Assembly (NCBI GenBank): GCA_965217585.1
Contig: OZ244561.1
Coordinates: 1,888,001-1,952,000, forward strand
DNA from: Candidatus Latescibacterota bacterium
GTDB taxonomy: Bacteria; Latescibacterota; UBA2968; UBA8231
Direction: 5' to 3'
DNA length: 64,000 nt
Below the pieces are notes generated by a model. That model saw nothing but the letters and a program-made list of their open reading frames with translations. It did no database searches and was not told where the DNA came from. Both the position numbers and the translations under genes were made by a program. Positions 58,570 through 64,000 of this stretch are shown piece after piece (the first letter of the stretch is position 1; each line of letters starts with the position of its first letter).

Positions 58570-58762
58570 TTTTAAATACTCTTCGGGAGTTTCCGATAAT
58601 ATTCAGGAAATGAAAATCAACCACCTCGGCGAGCGAATGTATCTACTCGGCCGCAACCGAGCAATGACCGCACCTGTTCTGCACTCGGCAAAGAAAGTTT
58701 TTGCCTTGGCCCACTGCGCCATTATTTTCTCAGGCCACCATTCACCGCAGCCCCGAGCTATT

Positions 58763-60511
58763 ATGACCGCTAAAATCCTCGCCGTCCTCCTCCTATTCGC
58801 CTTACCTATTCAAGCCAAAACTCGCATCGAAGCGGCCTACGCAGCCGGCGAACTCGACTTGGAGACGGCCCTGATCTACCAAGTCCTCAGCGTGCGCGCT
58901 CCCGACCAACTGCCGGCCATTTACCGAGAGTCTGGCGGGCTGGCGGTTTGCGGAACCCCACACCTAGTCCAAGCTATGAGCGCGGCCCCAACACTGAGCC
59001 CCGACTACCAAGCGCGCTTGGCCAAGCTGGTAAAAAACCGGCCGGACGCCCAGCACACTCTCCTCTCGCCATCAGGGCACTTTCGCGTCCACTACGATAC
59101 CGCAGGAGTCAACGCGGTTTCGTCTAGAGACGACGACGCCAACGACATCCCGGACTACATCGACCGCACGCTCTCCATCCTCGACAGCACTTGGGTGCTC
59201 GAAATCGAGCAACTCGGCTACCATCCGCCCCCTTCGGACAACGGCTTGGGCGGTGGAGACGAATACGACGTTCATGTTGTCGAGCTAGGAGTCGGCAGGA
59301 GTTTTTATGGGTTCGCCTATCCTGGGACGTCCGGCGTGACCACCTACAGCCACCTCGAAATTGACAACGACTTCACCGACCCAGGCTATAAGCAGACCCG
59401 CGGCCTGGACGCCCTGCGAGTGACCATCGCCCACGAGTTCCACCACGCCCTTCAGTTTGGCTACTACGCAACATTCGACGGCAGTTGGTGGCAGGAGTCA
59501 ACCTCGACGTGGATGGAGGAAGTGGCCTATCCACACATCGACGATTATCTCCAGTACTTGACCTACTTCCTCAGCGAACCCCAACGCGCCCTCAACTCCG
59601 GCAAGTATGGCACTCTCCACACTTACGGCAGTGCGATCTTTTCTCACTTCCTCGATCAGCGCTACAGCCGCGAGCTCAACCGCCTGATCTGGGAAGAAGT
59701 GGGCCGGCGCAAAAGCGTCAATCTCGATCATTTCGACCGCGTCATCCGCCAAGTTGAGCCGGGGGGGCTAGGGGTCGTCGTGGGCGAATTTGCCGTCTGG
59801 AACTATTTCACGGGGATTCACTACCGCGACCAATACTATGCCGAAGGGGACAAATACCCGCCCGTCCCCACTCGCGACATCACCGTCGCCGCCGAGACCG
59901 TCGTCCGCGACACCAGCCTAGTAGTCGAAGCCACCGGCAGCGTCTATCTGCGCCTTGAACCGCAACTGCGCCCGGGCGGGGTCGATCTGTTCTTTGACGC
60001 AGACCAAGGGGCGTGGCGTCGCCACTTGCTCTTAGTCGGCCCAGATAGCGTCTCCGTGCAGCTAGTTTCCGAATCGCCAATCCGCGTCACCGGCTGGGAT
60101 CAGTTCGACGAGGTCGTCCTCGTCGCTACCTCGGCCGAGCACACGGGCCTCGCCTACGAGCACCTGTTTACTGCGCAATTCGATCCCGACCTAACCGACA
60201 TGCCGGCCGCCCTAGCCACCCTGCTCAAGCCCAACTACCCCAATCCATTCCGCCCCGGCCAACACCCGCACACCCGGCTGGCTTTCGACTTAGCCTTCCC
60301 CAGCACCCAGACCCGTCTGTCGATCTTTTCGGCCAATGGCGATTTGGTTTGGTGGGATGACTTAGGCCCACGCGCGGCACGCGCAGGCTATGAGGAGGAG
60401 TGGGACGGCCGCAACGCCGCTGGCAACCTCGTGGCCAGCGGCATCTATCACCTGCTCCTCGAAGCCGACGGCACAGCGGCCAAGCGCACGCTGGCAGTGG
60501 TGCGAGATTGA
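58763..60511 (+). CDS. Exported zinc metalloprotease (MXAN_6640-like) with NYPNPF/FlgD-Ig C-terminal tail
   Basis: Signal peptide; CGT prodomain-like motif; HFRVHYD..G, D.NDIPDYID, IAHEFHHALQFGY, WWQESTSTWMEE, NYPNPF, WDGRN.AGN.VASGIY. Confidence 0.85.
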   Translation: MTAKILAVLLLFALPIQAKTRIEAAYAAGELDLETALIYQVLSVRAPDQLPAIYRESGGLAVCGTPHLVQAMSAAPTLSPDYQARLAKLVKNRPDAQHTLLSPSGHFRVHYDTAGVNAVSSRDDDANDIPDYIDRTLSILDSTWVLEIEQLGYHPPPSDNGLGGGDEYDVHVVELGVGRSFYGFAYPGTSGVTTYSHLEIDNDFTDPGYKQTRGLDALRVTIAHEFHHALQFGYYATFDGSWWQESTSTWMEEVAYPHIDDYLQYLTYFLSEPQRALNSGKYGTLHTYGSAIFSHFLDQRYSRELNRLIWEEVGRRKSVNLDHFDRVIRQVEPGGLGVVVGEFAVWNYFTGIHYRDQYYAEGDKYPPVPTRDITVAAETVVRDTSLVVEATGSVYLRLEPQLRPGGVDLFFDADQGAWRRHLLLVGPDSVSVQLVSESPIRVTGWDQFDEVVLVATSAEHTGLAYEHLFTAQFDPDLTDMPAALATLLKPNYPNPFRPGQHPHTRLAFDLAFPSTQTRLSIFSANGDLVWWDDLGPRAARAGYEEEWDGRNAAGNLVASGIYHLLLEADGTAAKRTLAVVRD

Positions 60512-60566
60512 AGGACCCAACGGTGCAGCACTCCCCGCCAGCCGACGCCTAAAGGGGAGTTGTTTT

Positions 60567-61955
60567 ATGATCTTGACGCTAGCTATCGGAATATTGCTAT
60601 CTACAGTACACGACAATCACGCAGAAACACCGACACAGCGCGCCCCGACCGCACTGCGCTGCGGCACCCCCTACTTGCTCCAAGCCATGGACGCAAGCAC
60701 CGAGCACCAGCGTCTAAAACTTGTGCAGCGCCGGCCTAGCACGCAGCACCAACTATTAACGCCTTCCGGCCATTTCCGCGTCCACTACGACACCGAAGGC
60801 CGCGACGCGATTGATCTCACGGACGACGACGCGAATGGCATCCCGGACTACATCGACCTAGCCGTCACCGTCCTCGATAGCATCTGGGTGTTGGAAGTAG
60901 AACAACTCGGCTACTATGCACACGGAGACGGCAGTTGGTGGCAGGAATCAACCTCGACTTGGATGGAGGAAGTCGCCTATCCGCACATCGACGATTATCT
61001 CCAGTACTTGACCTACTTCCTCGGCGAGCCCCAACGCGCCCTCAACTCCGGCCGTCCCAAAGAACTTCATCTCTACGGCACCTCGATCTTTTCCCACTTT
61101 CTCGATCAGCACTATAGCCGCGATCTCAATCGCCTGATCTGGGAAGAACTCAAGGAGCGCGGAAGCGTCAATCTCGATCATTTCGACCGCGTCCTCCGCC
61201 AAGTTGAGCCGGGGGGGCTAGGGGTCGTCGCGGGCGAATTTGCCGTCTGGAACTACTTCACCGGCACTCGCCACCGCGACGAATACTATGCCGAAGGAGA
61301 TAAATACCCGTCCGTCCTCATCCGCGACATGGATGTTGCCGCAGCGGTCGTCCGCGACACCAGCCTGATAGATGCCACCGGCAGCGTCTATCTGCGCCTT
61401 CAGCCGCAACTGCGCCCAGGCGGAGTCGATTTATTCTTAGACTCGATCCGTGGAGCGTGGCGTCGCCATTTGCTCTTAGTCGGCCCCGACACCCTCTCCG
61501 TGCAGCTAGTCTCCGAGCCGACGATCCGCATCAGCGGCTGGGATCAGTTCGACGAGATCGTCCTCGTCGCCTCCTCAGCCGAGCGCACTGGCTTGGCCTA
61601 CCAGCACCTCTTTACCGCGCAATTCGACCCCAACCTAACCGACCGCCCGGCCGCCCTCGCCACCCTGCTCAAGCCCAACTACCCCAACCCGTTCCGCCCC
61701 GGCCAACACGCGCACACCCGGCTGGCGTTCGACTTAGCCTTCCCCAGCATGGAAACCCGCCTCGCGCTCTTTACTGCCAACGGCACGCTCGTCTGGGAGC
61801 AAGACTTAGGCGAGCGTGCAGCGCGCGAAGACCACGCTGTACTGTGGGATGGCCGCAACCTCGCCGGCAACCTCGTGGCCAGCGGCATCTATCATCTGCT
61901 CCTCGAAGCCGACGGCACGGCGGCCAAGCGCTCGCTAGCGGTGGTGCGCCATTGA
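60567..61955 (+). CDS. Paralog of the upstream metalloprotease lacking the HEXXH segment (in-frame deletion; pseudoenzyme or pseudogene)
   Basis: EQLGY is joined directly to YAHGDGSWWQES; the remainder is collinear with 58763-60511. GGGGAG RBS before ATG60567. Confidence 0.8.
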   Translation: MILTLAIGILLSTVHDNHAETPTQRAPTALRCGTPYLLQAMDASTEHQRLKLVQRRPSTQHQLLTPSGHFRVHYDTEGRDAIDLTDDDANGIPDYIDLAVTVLDSIWVLEVEQLGYYAHGDGSWWQESTSTWMEEVAYPHIDDYLQYLTYFLGEPQRALNSGRPKELHLYGTSIFSHFLDQHYSRDLNRLIWEELKERGSVNLDHFDRVLRQVEPGGLGVVAGEFAVWNYFTGTRHRDEYYAEGDKYPSVLIRDMDVAAAVVRDTSLIDATGSVYLRLQPQLRPGGVDLFLDSIRGAWRRHLLLVGPDTLSVQLVSEPTIRISGWDQFDEIVLVASSAERTGLAYQHLFTAQFDPNLTDRPAALATLLKPNYPNPFRPGQHAHTRLAFDLAFPSMETRLALFTANGTLVWEQDLGERAAREDHAVLWDGRNLAGNLVASGIYHLLLEADGTAAKRSLAVVRH

Positions 61956-63886
61956 TACCTTCATCCCCGCGCCGCGTCTCCCTCCGCGCCATCGCCATCG
62001 GGGCCATCGGCTGCCTCGCCATCGCCGCGGGCGAACCGTTTGGCGTCTTGGTGATGCGAAGCTCGCCCATGGCCGCCGACTACTCAACCGGCGCGGCCCT
62101 GTTCTTGTTTTTTCTTTTTACCTTACTAATCAACCCGCTCGCCCAATGGCTCACCGGTACCAGCCTGCACACCGGCGAGCTGGCCACCGTGTACATAATG
62201 ATGGTCGTGGGGGCCGCCATTCCCTCTTGGGGCCTGACCATGAACCTGATCCCGCTCCTCGGCGGGTTCTTTTACTACGCCACTCCGGAAAACGACTGGG
62301 CCAATACCATCCAGCCCTATATATCGCAGCTCCTCGTGCCGGAAGACAGCGCCGCCATCCAAAAGCTGTTCGAAGGCAACGCCCAAGGCGAACGCATCCC
62401 TTGGGGAGCTTGGGCGACGCCGCTGATGGCGTGGAGCCTGTTTGTCGTCAACATGTACTTCACCACGCTGTGCGTGCTCGTCGTACTGCGCAAACAGTGG
62501 GTCGAGCGCGAGCGGCTCAACTTCCCGCTGGCCACCTTGCCCATCGAAATGAGCGCCCGCACCAAGGACCAAGCCGTCGCACCCTTTTACCGCAATTACC
62601 TGACCTGGGTCGGCTTTGCCATTCCCGCGCTCATCGGCTCGGTCAACGCCCTGCACCGCTATTTCAACTTCGTCCCACAGATTGACCTAAACCTCTGGGT
62701 GCCCCTTTTGCGCCGCTCCATCTGGGTCAACTTTCGCCCGCACTTCGAGGTCGTCGGCCTGTCTTACTTGCTCAATCTCGACATCTCCATGGGCGTGTGG
62801 TTTTTTGCCTTCCTCAACATGGTGGCCATCGGCTTGTGCCGCATGGCAGGGTGGAACATCGGCCCAGAGCAACCCTATTCCTCGCCCTCCCCGCCCAGCC
62901 TCGCCCACATCGCCCTCGGTGCGTTGTTTTTTCTCGTGCTGTCCAGCTTGTGGAGCGGGCGTCAGCACTTGCGCCAGGTCTGGCGCAAGGCCCTGCGCGG
63001 CGACGACTCCATCGACGACAGCGGGGAATTGCTCTCGTACCGGGTGGCGGTATTCGGCTTTCTCATCAGCTTTTTGCTCGGCCTAACCGCTCTCTACGCC
63101 ACCAACATGAACCTGCCGACCGCCTTTGTCTTTCAGCTTTCGGCCCTCGTGATCTTCGTCGGCCTGGCCCGCATCATCTCGCAGGCCGGGCTGGCCTATT
63201 GTCGCGCTCCAGTGGCTCCGGCCGTGTTTACCGTCAACACCCTTGGGTCGTCGTCGGTGGGAGCCCCGGGCCTGACGGCACTGGCGCTCAACTTCCCGTG
63301 GTCGGCCGACATCCGCACCTTTGTCATGGCCTCGGCCGCTACGGGCCTCAAGCTAGCGGAAGTGACGCGCCTCGAATACCGCCGCTTGTTCTGGGCCATT
63401 GCCGCGGCCATTGTCGTCACTATGGTCGGCTCGATCACCGCGGTCATCCACCTCGCTTACTCCTACGGCGGCATCAATCTGAGCAGTTGGCAGTTCGGCT
63501 ATATGACGACCTATACCGGCAACTGGATCACCAACAACCTCAACAACCTCCAGCCCACCCACGTTTGGCATTTGTCCTTTGCCGGCCTCGGCGCGCTGTT
63601 GATGGGCCTGTTGACGTTTATAAAAAACCGCTTCGTCGGCTTTCCCATTCACCCCATCGGCTTGGCCATCGGGCTGCCGCATCCCGTGCAGCTAATCTGG
63701 CCGTCGGTCTTTATGGCTTGGCTGCTCAAGGCGCTCATTCTCAAATACGGCGGCCCCCGGCTCTACACCCGCCTGCGCCCGTTCTTTTTGGGGCTAGTGC
63801 TGGGCGCGTTTGGCACGGCCGGCCTCTGGCTCATCATCGACTCCTTCACCGGCCTGACGGGCAACCGGCTGATTAACATCGGCTGA
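61952..63886 (+). CDS. DUF6785/DUF6784-like polytopic membrane protein (third copy)
   Basis: TTG start overlapping the upstream TGA. Closely similar to 49462-51399 (IPSWGLTMNLIPLLGGFFYYATPEN, RTFVMASAATGLK). Confidence 0.75.
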   Translation: MIPSSPRRVSLRAIAIGAIGCLAIAAGEPFGVLVMRSSPMAADYSTGAALFLFFLFTLLINPLAQWLTGTSLHTGELATVYIMMVVGAAIPSWGLTMNLIPLLGGFFYYATPENDWANTIQPYISQLLVPEDSAAIQKLFEGNAQGERIPWGAWATPLMAWSLFVVNMYFTTLCVLVVLRKQWVERERLNFPLATLPIEMSARTKDQAVAPFYRNYLTWVGFAIPALIGSVNALHRYFNFVPQIDLNLWVPLLRRSIWVNFRPHFEVVGLSYLLNLDISMGVWFFAFLNMVAIGLCRMAGWNIGPEQPYSSPSPPSLAHIALGALFFLVLSSLWSGRQHLRQVWRKALRGDDSIDDSGELLSYRVAVFGFLISFLLGLTALYATNMNLPTAFVFQLSALVIFVGLARIISQAGLAYCRAPVAPAVFTVNTLGSSSVGAPGLTALALNFPWSADIRTFVMASAATGLKLAEVTRLEYRRLFWAIAAAIVVTMVGSITAVIHLAYSYGGINLSSWQFGYMTTYTGNWITNNLNNLQPTHVWHLSFAGLGALLMGLLTFIKNRFVGFPIHPIGLAIGLPHPVQLIWPSVFMAWLLKALILKYGGPRLYTRLRPFFLGLVLGAFGTAGLWLIIDSFTGLTGNRLINIG

Positions 63887-64000
63887 TTACAACTCGTGAT
63901 CGATGCCGAGCTTGATCGAACGCTCGGGATGCTGGTCGATCTCCATGTAGGCGTCGGCCGCCTGCGCAAAGGGCACAATCGGGTCAATGAGGTCGTCGGC
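63887..64000 (-). CDS. C-terminus of a probable zinc-binding (MDR) alcohol dehydrogenase; starts outside the window
   Basis: Not in the ORF track. Reads ADDLIDPIVPFAQAADAYMEIDQHPERSIKLGIDHEL*, like MDR-family C-termini. Confidence 0.55.
   Translation of the reverse strand, partial: ADDLIDPIVPFAQAADAYMEIDQHPERSIKLGIDHEL

Noticed and set aside
1-64000. Many overlapping ORFs in alternative frames and on the antisense strand
   Set aside because: Shadows of GC-rich genes: Arg/Pro/Ser-rich, no motifs, fully overlapping well-supported CDSs.

Overview
A GC-rich bacterial window. By inference from the gene families it comes from an uncultured FCB-related lineage such as Latescibacterota. No rRNA, tRNA or CRISPR array was seen. 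LEFT PART (1-13.8 kb): 5' end of hsdM, glutaminyl cyclase-moaB, a nucleotidyltransferase-uvrA operon with an SOS-box-like promoter, and a lower-GC defence patch (Zn-ribbon membrane protein, Mrr-like nuclease, brnA with only a relic of brnT, two tandem AAA/PD-(D/E)XK genes). A single-domain methionine synthase follows. MIDDLE PART: the last ~63 bp of that gene recur, degenerate, at 51434-51497, framing a ~37.6 kb block with no integrase. The block holds TWO diverged, reshuffled copies of one module. Each copy has a DUF6785-like polytopic transporter, an FG-GAP/ASPIC-UnbV (CRTAC1-like) protein, a conserved lipoprotein, a CBM9-like protein with a C-terminal WGxIK tag, three exported proteins with TPNGDGxND/FlgD-Ig tails (two short plus one long), a ~880-aa Asp-rich probable outer-membrane protein and a parvulin PPIase. 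This module is the best candidate for an undescribed envelope system (uptake or surface display). RIGHT PART (51.5-64 kb): SDR, hemB, sulfatase, an ECF sigma/anti-sigma pair (the anti-sigma also carries WGxIK), a ParE-like TA pair, a methyltransferase, a PiT-like permease, a metalloprotease plus a paralog lacking HEXXH, a third DUF6785-like gene and the 3' end of a dehydrogenase. All family names come from recognising motifs by eye; no searches were run.
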